A stretch of 64,000 bases of DNA, taken from assembly GCF_006345805.1 (NCBI RefSeq), contig NC_043016.1:20274001-20338000 (forward strand). The letters run 5' to 3'. The translations under genes and the position numbers were made by a program. The DNA is from Octopus sinensis (lineage: Eukaryota). Shown here one piece after another: positions 13,351 to 26,823 of the stretch (the stretch's first letter is position 1; each line of letters starts with the position of its first letter). Below the pieces are notes generated by a model. It did no database searches and was not told the DNA's origin. It was given only the letters and a program-made list of their open reading frames with translations.

Positions 13351-14593
13351 ATATATTCTCATCTGATCCATGCAAACATGGTGAAGTAGATATTATATAT
13401 AAATTTAAAATTAGTGAGCTGAAAATGACATATTTCTTCAGTTGGCTTTCATGGAATAAAAACACTGACAATAAACAAATGACGTTACAAAATGGCAAAG
13501 GAATGCACACCTCCCATTGGCTAGCAAGAGCCTTGCATTGCATATTTGTGACTTCAGGCATTGGTCAGCAAATAAAAAAAAAAGAAAAGAAAAAGACTGT
13601 TGGTGAATTTTGAGGGCAGGGAAATGACTCTGGATTTGCAGAAACATAAAATTAACATACATACACACATAACTTAAGGTAATATATGCATGCAAGTAAA
13701 CACTTAATCTTTGCATATATGCTTGCACATACTCAAACAAAAATGCATTTGCCAACACAATGTAATTGTGTTTACACTTAAACAATGTTATTGTTGAGGT
13801 TTCCATTCTATTATGACCAACTGAAGGAACATTTTATCATTACATAGAAACTTAGAGTATCATTTGAATAGCTTTTATCTGGTTGAATTGAATTTATAGT
13901 CTACATCTAGTACTGAATACTTTCTCTTCAGTTCATTATCACTAACATGTTGATGTGTGTGTATGAATAATGAATACATGTTAGTATATACAAACTCAAG
14001 ATAAAAGTACTCAATACAAGTTGCAAAATATAATAATTTATTATAAATTGCCAAAACTGTACAATTGTGACTGGAAGTTATAAGTATGCAGTTTATCTTT
14101 AAAAAAAACAAAAAAAACAGCCCAGCAAACTCATTGGTTAATCAGAATAGATGAATAGTCAAGTCTTTGTCAGGAATTACTAATATTTGAAAGATCAACA
14201 TAGATATAATTATAATCAAAATAATATATTCCAAATTATTATACTGTCTATGAATAATTTATACACATGCACGCATGCACACACACACAAATAAATAAAT
14301 ATTAAGACTTTTTTAAAAATGAAAAATTATTTGTAGCTTTTCTGTTGATGTAATAAAGAAAATAACTGTTCTTTTTTTTTCCCCTTTGGTTTGACATTTT
14401 AAAATTAATTCTCAGCTGTGATGAAGAATGTTTACAGCGTGAAATGCAATGGGTTATATCTGAGGTAAGAAAAGCTGACAGATATTCCTCCATTGGTTGT
14501 AGGCTATTGCAAACGTAGAGATTACCTACTTCAAATGAAAATTAAAGCTTCTGAATTTGTGTCAGCACAATACTGTGTCTGATAGGCGTATGT

Positions 14594-14975
14594 GGAAGCA
14601 CTCCGTCGGTTACGACGACGAGGGTTCCGGTTGATCCGAATCAACGGAACAGCCTGCTCGTGAAATTAACGTGTAAGTGGCTGAGCACTCCACAGACACG
14701 TGTACCCTTAACGTAGTTCTCGGGGATATTCAGCATGACACAGAGAGTGACAAGGCCGGCCCTTTGAAATACAGGTACAACAGAAACAGGAAGTAAAAGT
14801 GAAAGAAAGTTGTGGTGAAAGAGTACAGCAGGGATCACCACCATCCCCTGCCAGAGCCTCGTGGAGCTTTAGGTGTTTTTGCTCAATAAACACTCACAAC
14901 GCCCGGTCTGGGAATCGAAACCGCGATCCTATGACCGCGAGTCCACTGCCCTAACCACTGGGCCATTGCGCCTCC
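14594..14975 (-). mobile_element. tRNA-derived SINE, full length (same family as 1402-1785)
   Basis: Near-identical to 1402-1785. TSD AGGCGTATGT (14584-14593) / AGGCATATGT (14976-14985) has one CpG-type mismatch. Confidence 0.9.
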
Positions 14976-15689
14976 AGGCATATGTATCTCTATTAACTCC
15001 AATACTGATGCTTACTATTAAAATAAAAGGAGTGTATCATTGTATCTTAGAAATACAAACAATCAGCAAGCTGAGAGATTAAGAAAAAGAACCTCATTGA
15101 AATATTGAAAGAATTAAATGTTGAAGATCTCAATGGATACCAAACTTAAAATAGCCAATTTTTTTTTCAAGCATTATCTTAAATTTAAACACTAGCAAAT
15201 ACCATCATTATAGAAGGCCAAATGAAACACTTGAATAAATTAGCATAACAACAAATCACATAACACTAGTTTCAAATAGCATTGTAAAAAATGGTGGAAA
15301 TCAGTTCATTTACCTCATACAATAGACATGCTTTCAATAACACCTCAAATTATTACGACAATGTGTTAATAAATAGGGATTTTAACTAAGAGACAAAATT
15401 AGAAAGCGCAAGAAAGAATCTTTAACCAAAATTGTATTAAAGTTAGTTATTTCTCTACATCTTTATCTAATTTCAATACTGGAAAACTTATAACTTCAAC
15501 AATTTTTAAAGCTGCTACAAAATGTAATAGCTTCAATAGAATGATAATTGTTTAGCTATCTCCATATATATTATACTGACAATTGTAAATGTATTATGTA
15601 TTTTGTCCAATTCTTTAGCTATCTCCAATATATTATATTGCAAAAATTGTTCACAGATGAGTCAACCATAAAAATTGCAAGTTTACTAG

Positions 15690-15950
15690 TGAAATTAATA
15701 TATATTAGCTGCAAATATACTTCTATTCTAGCTAGAAAATCAAACAGAGATTTGTCCAAACATATTTGGGATTTGAAGCCCAGGAGCTTAAATGTTCTTA
15801 AATTATAAAAACAAAAATCAACAGAAGAATATATATTAGTTTTGCATATTTTGGAAATACACCATTCTGTTCAATGATGAAAACATCCTCATCCACAACT
15901 GAGATTTTGGGTCAACACATGCCACTGATTCGTTTTAAAATGTTTTTAAA
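15690..15950 (+). mobile_element. Highly decayed PLE endonuclease C-terminal fragment
   Basis: DLSKHIWDLK motif and downstream TEILG resemble the LSKHIW.LK...RSEI C-terminus of PLE GIY-YIG domains. Confidence 0.4.
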
Positions 15951-16830
15951 CTAACAGGATACAAATTTCACTAAGCAGATACTTTTTTTTTTCACAACAA
16001 AGGTGAAGCTTTCCTTTTTTTAACAGTCAATACATTACCATTGTTTTAATTAAATTTTTAAATAATGAAGATTTTAGTAAAATAACTTTGCTGTTATTAA
16101 ACTGAAGTTTGAAACATAAATTAACATGAAATGTCAATGGAAGGCTTTGATTTAGATCGCTGTAAATCAGAAAGTTTGTACCAAAAAGGATAATCATATT
16201 TGCATCTATCTTTAAAAATTAGTAACCCCCATTCCCTAATATCAGACATGTGCTGATTATTCTTTTATTCTGACCAACCAGTGAGAAATGCTGGAATAAT
16301 TTTCAACTGTTTTTAACATTTATTACCTGATGAGCTGAAAGGAGAAACTTTAAATCACAGTTGTACTGTTTCAGTTATTTATAATACACACATGTGCATA
16401 TGCATGTGTGTGTATATACGCATGTGTGACTGTGAGTTTATGTGTGTGTTTCACTTGATATTTTGTTTCTTAGATTTTTAGTTTTGATGGAAAAATTTAT
16501 TGGGGTGGGAGGTTTAAATATATATTTTGTTCAAAAATCAAAAACGAAAAAAAAAAGCAGTTTATTGCTGTCTTAATGTTTAACTATATGTTACACAGCC
16601 TTGCAGAAAGGCTGACTGCTGTAGTGTTTCTTATGTTATTCCTATATATTTTTGCTGTGTTATTTATTATGGTTATTATTAGCAATATAATACAAAGTCA
16701 TGATGGTAGAAAAGACGAGAGGTTTATGCATTTTTCAAAAATGGTCAAAGTTTATAGGATAGATGGATCTCCCATCTAAAGATTTGTAGTGCTGCCATCT
16801 TTAATGTTATATTCATTCCAGCATTTATCT

Positions 16831-16869
16831 TCAACATCCATCATTGCAAGATTCAATCTTTGTGAAAAG
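16831..16869 (-). other. Candidate start of a downstream/terminal WDR20 exon
   Basis: Strong minus-strand acceptor TTTTTGCTTTTCTTTTTGACTTCTTTTCAG| at 16870-16899. Phase 0 reads LFTKIESCNDGC*, and the downstream minus strand is U-rich like a long 3' UTR. Confidence 0.3.
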
Positions 16870-17462
16870 CTGAAAAGAAGTCAAAAAGAAAAGCAAAAAT
16901 ACAGTACAGGAAACAAGAAAATACAGTACAAGAATCAAAAAGAAAAAAGGGAATCAGCATTATTTTAAAAAAGAATTAGCATTATTTAAAAACAAAAGAT
17001 AAATGAGTTTATATCATCAGACAAGAAAGACAAAATTCAACAAATGAGAAAAGTAAATATTAACAATTAGAAACAAATTTTAAGTAAAAAAAATTATCAA
17101 AGTAAAAGTTATCAAAGTAGCAAAGAACAAGAGCTACTTTTTTGATAGCACTTTTATTGAGAGGAATATATAGAATGTAGACATCAGAAAGAAAATTAAA
17201 AAAAAATTTAACATATATAAATGTCCAATAGCCAGATTTTCCATATACACTATATTGAGCCTAATTTTCTTTGGTTCACTGCTGTCAAGGGTGAGCCGAA
17301 AAGTTTATAGGCTGACTATGAAGGAGTGATGCTAGAGCTGTGAAATCTTGCAATGCATTAATCTTAACCCTTCTTGTTGATAAATGCATTTTTTCGTTCC
17401 AGGTAAACTGACATCTGACTGTTCAAAGAAGACTTCAAAACTGATTAGTAGTGACTTCTCTT

Positions 17463-17503
17463 GAGAAGAGAGAGAGAGAAAAGAGTGAGAGAGAAGAAGA
17501 AGA

Positions 17504-17576
<73 letters not shown>
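17463..17576. repeat. (AG)n/(AAG)n microsatellite
   Basis: Seen directly. Confidence 0.95.
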
Positions 17577-17581
<5 letters not shown>

Positions 17582-18299
17582 TTTACTGTCTCCTTGCCTT
17601 GACATTGGGCAATGTTAGTAAGCAAGTATCACCGGCATGCAAGAGGTATTCTTCATGTCATCCATATAATGTGTGTACATGTGTGTTTGTGTGTGCGTAA
17701 GTATGTGAGTATGTATATATGTATGTGTACACACACACACACACACACACACATTATGTGGCCAATGTTTTCATACAAGACCTTACAAGTGAATCTGATT
17801 CTTCAGATGCTTCAATTCTGTGTATACACATATATTTACTTGACTGCTAACATTTATTTGAAAAAACATGGTTTTACATAATTTTATTAGATTTTCATTG
17901 ATTTGGCAGGGAGAACTGAAATAACCCATCTACTAGAAAAGGCTATGCAATCAAAGTTCTAAAAGCCCCTCTCCTGGATGATCTACAGTTATTACTGGGG
18001 TGGATCTGAAATGTAATCTAACAACACAATCATGAAATAAAGTGGTTAGATGAGTTAAGAGTGAATACTTCTCCCCCAAACTTATAATATAAGTAGTGAA
18101 ACTCTCCTGATGATTTTAGAAAAACTGCCAAATAGGTTATTGGTGTAGAAAACTCACATTTTTCAGGCCAGCCCTTTTGAACTTGTTCAAAAGCATAATA
18201 AACACCAAGATTTATAGGCTAGACTGGTTGGCAGTCATATGTACAACACTAGTAGCTAAAAGCCATCAGATGCGAGTAACCAAAAACTACAGGCCTATA

Positions 18300-19610
18300 A
18301 TGTGCCTGAATGTGATATCTAACTTTTACAAGTATGCTTGAATTCACATGATCACGGTGGAACAGAATATATGTCTGAAGAGCAGACAGGAGAAAGAAAG
18401 AAGTTTTGGGCTGTACTGAACAACTACTTATTACCAAAACAGTCCTTAAGGAAGTGAAATTACATAATCAAAACCTACTGACATATCAATGGTCTGTCTC
18501 TCTCCCCTATCATCAGTGGTAAAGGTTAAAACTACCTCAGAATCTACAAGAGTTTTACATATGTGAGGAAAGCTAGGAGTAAAGCTAAAGAGATAAAAGA
18601 ATTCTTCAGCAGACTTCAGAATACATGGAAGTTACAGCTGCCTGTATCTAATTAATTCATATTCTACAATGCTTTTGTAATGCCAGTGCTGGCATCAATA
18701 TTTGGGATATAAGACTGGAAGCTTGAAGAAATCTGCAACTGAGACATCATGATTAAGAAGAAACTAATAATGACTGGTAACTTCCTCATCAAAAATGACA
18801 CTGACATGTTAAATGATGGAACAGAGATAGAGACATAAGATCAGATCTGTTGGCTTTGAGTGCTGCATTGTATCACTGCTGAACAGCAAAGAAAGAAATG
18901 AGTACTTCACATGTATGTTCAACAGTAATAACACTATGAGATGAGGTAAAGAACCTCCCATCAAGTACTCTGATTATACATGTGTTCCATGTGAGTTAAG
19001 AGTAACTCTGCTGACCTACTTGAACAGACATGGGAGAGAAATACTTATCATATCAGCAAAATGTTAAGCATGGGTATATATGCTGCAATATAGACAATGC
19101 CAGTAACATTGATAAGAACTGTAATCTCACCTGGACCTATGAGAAGTTATCACACCTCATCAAGAAGACTATGAACTTTCATACCAGTGTGGAAGATATA
19201 ATTCATATGTAGCTGTTCAAAAATGTTCACAAGACACTGCTCTGCAAAAACAGTCTACAATGCTATTCACAGAAGTATTTCCTTATACACACAAGAACCA
19301 AAAACATTTACACTTTTAAAAATAAAGAATACTGGTAACATACAGAGTATGGGACAGGGAGCAAAGGATGGGCAATGATGTAGAGATCAGCTGCCCAGTT
19401 GCTTCAAAAATTGAGGAAAAGGAGAACAACTATAGAAAATGATAAAATCTTAAATCCGGGCTACATATTTTCATTTACTCCTTTTATCATAGATGCACTG
19501 GGTTATATAACAACAGATCTGCCTGGGTTCACAACCTGTCATAGGAACAATGAAAGTTTGTGAAATATTTAGGGTATTCTCCATTTGAGGTTCCTGGTAA
19601 ACATATGCAC
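18300..19610 (+). mobile_element. Highly decayed non-LTR retrotransposon, possibly R4/Dong-like (restriction-like endonuclease type)
   Basis: Broken peptides such as DIMIKKKLIMTGNFLIKND and VEISCP...EEKENNY resemble the post-RT and endonuclease regions; many stops and frameshifts. Confidence 0.35.
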
Positions 19611-19937
19611 ACAACCACCTACAGGTATGGAATGTATATGTATGCACATACGTAAATAGTAACAAAACACACATACTTAGGATCTATTGCAACAGGTACA
19701 TTCACAAGAGTAAGTTTATCTGTGCACACATTAATACTCACATGCATACATATATGCATACAACAACCACTTCAGGTAACCACGAACCTCAAGAGTTGTC
19801 TTAATTTAAACAAAACACTCCTATTACATAGTTAAGTGATTAACATGAATTATGTAAAGGAGAAAAAAAGAAATTTAAATAAATCTTGATGAAACAAACA
19901 TTCATGCAAAAATATGCTATCACACACAGATAATATA

Positions 19938-19986
<49 letters not shown>

Positions 19987-21149
19987 GCATATACATATAT
20001 TAGTGGAGGCACCAGTGGCAGCTTTATCTGTATCTATGAATTAATTTTTTATTTGCTGAACACTTCCTTTATGGTGATGGTGTCGATGACTCTAGACCAA
20101 TTCTTGCATAGAGGAGTTGATGGCATTGACTGCATGGTAATGCTGGTGGAAAGCGAGGTTCATTTTGTCAAGCCTTTCTCTCTTATCATTTGATTTCTTT
20201 TTCTCTTCAGGTCGCTTTGAAGTCAAAGTATCAAATTGCTGATCGATGGTCAAGACATGTAACAAAATATTAAAATATTTCGTGTATTGTAACCAATTTA
20301 TTGCAGATAAATTTTTAACAAAAATCTTACATGGACCCCCAAAGGCCATATGAAAACCCTTGTTGAGAATTACTGGGTTATAGGAAGATTCTTATTTCAA
20401 GCATTCTTGGGAATGCCTGAAATTACTAGTGTCTTAAAATAATTTTGCTTGTCATAACGTTACTTAGCCTGTCGGTAACGCTTTCACATGATTAGAGAAA
20501 AAGAGGGAGAAAGAAAAGAGGGAGAGAGAAAAAGAGGGAGAGAAAAGAGGGAAACAGAAAGAAAGGGAGAGAGAAGCATCCATGACGTGAGGTAGACAAA
20601 ATGTAATTGTAACACTTTCACATGATTAGTTGAAGGGGAAAAGAGAGAGAAAAAAGAAAGAGAAAAAGAGAATATGGTGAAAAGTGAGACAGCAAGAGAG
20701 AGAGAAAAGTGTCCATGATGTGAGGTAAGGGGAACGTAATATTTATTACGTGGTTAAAAAAGTTAGTTGAAGGTAGAGGAGGAGAGGTAAAAATGTAATT
20801 TTAGCAGAGAGGTGATGTTCTGATGGTGAGGTTAAAAAAAGACAGAGAGGGAGAGAGAGAAATGATGATGATGGAGGTGGTGATTGGAAAGTGAAAAGTG
20901 TATTTTTTTTAATTGAACTAAGTTTTTTATATCACCTATCACTTAACACAAGTGCATCAGTGCAATTCTGTGAAATATTCTCACTTCTTTACGTGGCAGA
21001 TATATGTGATTTAACTAAAGGTTGTATCATATGTATGGGTGTTTTTTCTGTTTATGGGTAAAATGGAAAAAAAATAATAAATACGAGTGAATATTTATTT
21101 TATGAGTGCTATGTATTAAGTTTATAAAATTGTGCAGAGTATATAAAGT

Positions 21150-21797
21150 GTACTCTTCCGATGGTCGTCCCTTGTCGTGGTGGAAGAGTTTGTGTGTTCC
21201 AATGATTCTTAGACTGATACCATCTTGAGTCTTAGACTCCTGGTAGGGCCACCCATGGCAGCAAGGTTGAAGATGAGGTCCCAGATTAAACACAACCAAA
21301 CACAAGGATCAAGATCCCAATGGTGGAGCAAGCGGAGGAAGGCTATCTCAAGTCCCCAAGGCTTGACTCTGGTGGAAGAGGGCAACACCTGGCAGGCGTG
21401 ACAAAAGCAGATAGACTCCAGCAGCTCACTGCAACCTGCCTCATCAAGACTGCACATCTCAATTCTTGAGCCGCAGTGGAAAAGTTCCTGGCCAAGTGCA
21501 TGTGTGTGACCATTGCACAGCCATGATCACCTCAAACAATTTACTCAGCGAATGGCTTCATCTTTGTAATCTGTCCCAAAAGCCCAATGACGATGGTATC
21601 GGGGGACCGGAGGCAGGCCTGGAAAGCTGGAAACCTCTAGTTCATGACCACACATTAATGGTGAATCTCAGATGGTCGCTCTCCAATGAATAGCTGTAAC
21701 ATTGGAATTCAGCAGCTAGACTCGTGACTGAGCTGGCCTCTTTAGGATTACTGCAGACACCTCTCAAGGGGAAGTCCTTAGAAAAGGTGGGGTAAAC
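21150..21797 (+). mobile_element. RTE-type LINE 5' UTR-like remnant
   Basis: GC-richer island beginning CCCTTGTCGTGGTGGAAGAG...CAATGA...CCTGGTAGGGCCCACCCATGGC, resembling from memory the 5' leader of RTE/Expander elements. Confidence 0.4.
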
Positions 21798-22008
21798 ATA
21801 TATTGTCTTAATATAAATATGTGGTTATTTGAATGGAATAATATCTCATGTCATACATCTGAATTAGGAATTTGCTTGTCAGAATGTTTAAGACAAATAT
21901 CTGAAATTTTTATCTTATACCAAAGTGTGAGTGTGTATGCATGCATGCAATTTATGTATATATTATTAGCAACGAAAGCATTATTAATGCCGAAAGGTAG
22001 TCCATATA

Positions 22009-22685
22009 TCTCTATATCTATAAACGGCAAAATGTCTGTGTATCTGTGTGTGTATGTGTACTATCTGAGGGTGGTTGTGAAGATCTTTTCATTTCCCCAG
22101 TTACCCCTGAAAGCCATGAAAACAAAAATCGATAAACTGACCCCTTATGTTTCAGGTAACAAAAGTCTTTAACACAAGAGATGCAACTCACTTAATCCAG
22201 CAGTTTAATCTAAAGATATTAAACAATAGCAAGGGAAATAACTCTTTAAAACTATGCATTTCCCACCCTTTGTTATGTATCACACCTCACTACTGTACCA
22301 GACCAATTTATCCAATTTAGGACCGGAACTGTCCCAGATTTCTTGATTTTCCAGTTTCCCACAGAATTTCTAAACGTTTGCTTAAAATCTCTATATCTAT
22401 AAATGGCAAAATGTCTGTTTTTTGATTGGACGGAGATAATTTTACACCTGACAGTTGAATGCACGTGCACATTTGCAGACAGTCTGTATGAGTCAGTGCA
22501 CTTTTGTGTTTTGCAAAGATGTGTTATCATGTGTTTTGGCCTTCAAATGTGCAAGCATCTTTGATTTGAGAAATGCAGGGAATAATTAACGAGTTAGACC
22601 AAGTGAATGACAAGAGAGCGGGATTTTCATGGAAGACCAAATATGCTTGACTAGCACTAAACCTGACGTCGGGTCATAGGGCTAG
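22009..22685 (+). mobile_element. Non-autonomous Helitron with duplicated 5' end
   Basis: The 5' motif A|TCTCTATATCTATAAAYGGCAAAATGTCTGT occurs at 22009 and 22388. 3' palindrome ACCTGACGTCGGGT at 22661-22674, then CTAG|T at 22682-22685. Confidence 0.7.
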
Positions 22686-22708
22686 TAACATATAAATATA
22701 CTTACATA

Positions 22709-23608
22709 TCCCTTACTATATAAAATAGACCTGTGTGTGTGTGTTCACTTTTCATGCAAAAACAGATGCACAAACTGCTTCCATACTTGGGATGCATGAA
22801 TAATTTGACCTTGGATACCTAATATGGTCATCAGTTTATTTTTTATTTTTTACATAAATAATATTGCTTTATATTTATGATTCACTTCTTTAAAAAGATT
22901 TCTCAATGTCAATTTCCGGCATTGACATAAAAACAGCAAAGTCTCTCACTCTTTATTTTAATGTTTTCATTCACTTTTTGTAAACAACTACAATAAATTA
23001 CTGAAAAGAATATTTGCTAAGTTTACAAATTTAAATATTTGGTACAAGATGGTTTTTTACGTGTCTTTATTTATATGGTTTTTTCATTTCATGTCTATCT
23101 CATTCATTGTTTGCAATGTTGTCTCCCCCTCCCCCACACACACTTCAGCTTTCATTTTGCTATTACACAAATATTACATTAAAATTTTGCAATTCAACAT
23201 GCAGTGTCCAAAAAATAAAGGCATTCTTTCTCTTGAACTCGCAAATTTTGTTAATTTCTGTAAAAATTTTTCTATTTACTTACTTTTTGCACACCATGTT
23301 CAGCTCTATGTATTTGTAGTGAGTCACACATGCACGTGTGTTTTTGTATGTATGTTTGTATGCATTTATGTATGTGTGTGTGTGTATGTGTGTATATATG
23401 TGAGAGTGAGTGAAGGAGTGTGTTGTCATGTATATGTACATACATGAATACATCTTTTTTGTATGTGTGCGTATGTGTATGGGAGAGAGAGAGAGTGATG
23501 TCTAAGTGGCTCTCTCTCTCTCTCACATGCACACATACATATAAAAAAGGTGTATGCTTATTTATGTATGTATACATGACAACACACCCCTTCACTTTCT
23601 CTGTCCCC

Positions 23609-23644
<36 letters not shown>

Positions 23645-25038
23645 TTCATTTCATCTGCTGTTTGATACTGTATATGTATCTGTGTGTGTGTGTGTGCCAT
23701 TCCACAATTGCCAGAAAGAAGCAGAGATTTTTCTTTCTTGATGCTCCTTGTAGCACAGGTAAAACATTTGTAACAACATTGCTTCTCTTCAAAGTAAGAC
23801 AACAAAAAAGAATTTTAGTTGCTGTCACATTGTCTGGCTTTGTGTCACTATTCTCCCAGGAGGACGAACAGCTCATTCTGCTTTTAAATTACTGCTAAAC
23901 CTGGTCACAAATGACAGTCCAATTTGTAACATAAGCAAAGATTCAGGTTCACCAGAAGTGTTGTGCCAATGCCACCTGATCATTTGAGATGAATGCATCA
24001 TATCACATAAAAGTGCAATGAAAGCTCTTGATAAAACCTTACAGGACATCAGAGGCAACAATAAATCCATGGGAGGGATTACATTAGTTTTATCAGGAGA
24101 CTTCAGACAGACATTACCAGTCATTTTGAGATGAACAAGATTTGCCGAAATAAAAGTATGCATTAAGTCTTTACACCTATGGAATAAAGTACAGAAATTC
24201 TCCTTCAATACTAATGTGTACATGGGGACCAATGTACAAAACAGTTTTCAACCTGGCTCCTCCAATTAAGAAATAGGAAAATACCATTTGGTAGGAATGG
24301 TGATATCAGTTTGGCTCATATTGCTATCATGGTTACTTCCCCCAGCTGAATTTAAGAACAGGATATTTCCAAACTTAAGTAATAATCATAATTCACATAA
24401 ATGGTTGTACACCAAAAAATGAGACAGTAGCAAGTATTAACCATGAATTAATGAATAAGATTCCAACAGTCGTTAAGGAGTACAAATCAGTTGATTCAAT
24501 TCTTGGGCAAAATCAAGCTGTCCATTACCCAACAGAGTTCTTTAATTCTTTTGAGCCACCTGGAACTCCCCCACATAAACTTTTTCTGAAGGTAGGAGTC
24601 CTAATAATGTTTCTAAGAAATTTAGATCCTCCATATAATGGGACAAGGGTAATTGTGAAGACATTATCACTTAATGTGATACAAGCTACCATCATCACTG
24701 GATATGCCTCTGGAGGGGAGGTTTTCATTCCAAGAATTCCAATCACTCCTACAGACATGCCAATTGCATTCAAACGAACACAATTCCCAGTGCAACTTAG
24801 CTATTAATAAAGCTCAAGTTCAAACTTTGAAATCGACTGGCTTGCTTTTCTCATTGTCAACTTTATGTTGGTTGCTCCAGGGTTGGTACTTAGTAAAACT
24901 TATCTGTCTATGCTCCAAACCAGAAAACAAAGAATGTTGTTTACCAGAAACTCTTATGTAATTTCTTTCAACATATGTGGTAGAATTTATCTTCTTTCAT
25001 AAAAGTGATAAATTTTGTATTTTTGGTGATTATCATTA

Positions 25039-25075
<37 letters not shown>

Positions 25076-25120
25076 TTGTATTATGAATCCAGAAATGCAA
25101 CAGCTAGGTAATACAACTAT
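22709..25120 (+). mobile_element. Decayed Helitron carrying a PIF1-family helicase pseudogene (23700-24960)
   Basis: FFLDAPCSTGKTF (Walker A), LSGDFRQTLPVI, YPTEFFNSFEPPGTPPHKLFLKVG...RNLD...NGTR, FKRTQFPVQLSY and KTKNVVYQKL-like C-terminus. Putative 5' end A|TCCCTTACTATATAAAA at 22709; the 3' end is degenerate and uncertain. Confidence 0.8.
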
Positions 25121-26208
25121 GATTACTTTTGAACCGTATTGAGAGAAAAAAATGTAACTTAGTAACAAAACACGTAAGAGTGGTTAAAAATATAAACAGA
25201 CCAATCATATGTTCTGATTGAAGAATCATTTACCAAACAGAAACAGGTGTGGCCATCCTATTCTGTTACAGTTAAGCAGTAGTATAGTTTGTGGCATACA
25301 TTCTATAACATTTGACCTGACCCTTGTACTACATAATCTGGAACCTCAATAAAACAAGGAATACATAAATGGCGGTGCCCCAGCATGGCCACAGCTCATA
25401 AGCTGAAACTAGAATCAATCAATCATACAAATTTACAAAATAAAATGTATAAAAAAAAATTAATTGAATAAAAATATACATGCATAAAGAAAAATATTTG
25501 AAAAATATACAAAATTTATGAAATAAACAATAATGCAGAAATGTACTTTGAAAAGCAATAAAAAAAAAGAAATGGAAATCAAAAAAAGTGAGAGATTTCG
25601 TATAAAAATAAATAAATAAAATAATGAGAAAATATATTATTTTTAAAAAGACCTGTATCCTATAGAATAAAATTAGTTTAAATATAAAAGGCTTTGAATA
25701 AATTAAGAAATAAACAAATTAATAAACTAATTAGTTAATAGGCAACTACGACTGTATTTGCCTATTAACTAACAACTTAGGTTTAAGCAAAATAATCAAT
25801 AGCCAATAAAAAATAGTAATCGCATTAAAGTAGAAATACAGCTTCCAGTAAAGCAAATATAATATGCAGCTATATATATATATATATATATACAAGTGTA
25901 CATATACACACATATGCATATATACATCCATTTACAAGCCAATATATGTGAATTTGCACACATACAATCACTTACAAGTAAGATATTTATAAAAGTACAA
26001 ACTCAAATGAACTGAAGTAAATAAACAAAATCCTTTAGGATATTCAACAGGCCTTCATGATTTTCATCTCTTGTCTGGCCCTAAGGCCTTTTTGTTTGTG
26101 TGCCTACAGTCATCCTGGCTGTTTTCATCTCCGTCCCTTGTTTGTCCACTAATCGTCTCATCTTGAATTATATTTATTCCACATTTGTATGCAAACTTTC
26201 TGTATCTA

Positions 26209-26275
26209 CTTGGGCCGACCAAAGCCTTGTGAGTGGATTTGGTAGACGGAAACTGAAAGAAGCTCGTCGTATATA

Positions 26276-26313
<38 letters not shown>

Positions 26314-26545
26314 TATATATGTATGGGTGTATATGTTTGTGTGTTTGTGTTTGTGTTTGTCCCCCCAACATCACTTGACAACCAATGCTGGTGTGTTTAC
26401 GTCACCGTAACTTAGCGGTTCGGCGAAAGAGACCGATAGAATAAGTACTAGGCTTACAAAGAATAAGTCCTGGGGTCGATTTGCTCGAATAAAGGTGGTG
26501 CTCCAGCATGGCCACAGTCAAATGACTGAAACAAGTAAAAGAGTA
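26209..26545 (+). mobile_element. 5'-truncated SINE with internal (TA)n/(TG)n microsatellite
   Basis: TGGGCCGACCAAAGCCTTGTGAGTGGATTTGG...microsatellite...ATAGAATAAGTACT...GAAACAAGTAAAAGAGT. The 3' half recurs at 34730-34898 and, decayed, at 41900-42005 and 50795-50905. Confidence 0.8.
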
Positions 26546-26823
26546 TCACATAATTGTATATTTCTTATCTGTTAATTTTCTGTCTTGTTTTTTTTTGGCT
26601 TGCCAATTCCTGGCAGCATTTTGCTATCAGAAGGGAAAGTAATATTATCGTTAAGATGTGAAACTGCATTTGACCCTCTGATTCATAACTGATGAGGCTT
26701 TGGCAACCTTCTGCGTCTGTTTCCCATTCATTTGGACATTTATTATGTTTTTAACTTACTATTTAATGCAACATTATGTACTGGTATAATTTTTGATTAC
26801 ACTTATTCTATTTCTCTCTCTCT

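Noticed and set aside
16327-16360. CTGATGAG...GAAACTTTAAATC hammerhead-like motif (similar remnants at 26689 and 41005)
   Set aside because: Stems I/II do not pair or GAAA is missing; at most decayed relics.
20425-21010. Possible minus-strand non-autonomous Helitron with purine-rich internal repeats
   Set aside because: A CTAG is present but I found no convincing subterminal hairpin or second copy in the window.
23700-24960. Host PIF1 helicase gene
   Set aside because: Intronless, frameshifted and with Helitron-type motifs; a transposon remnant.
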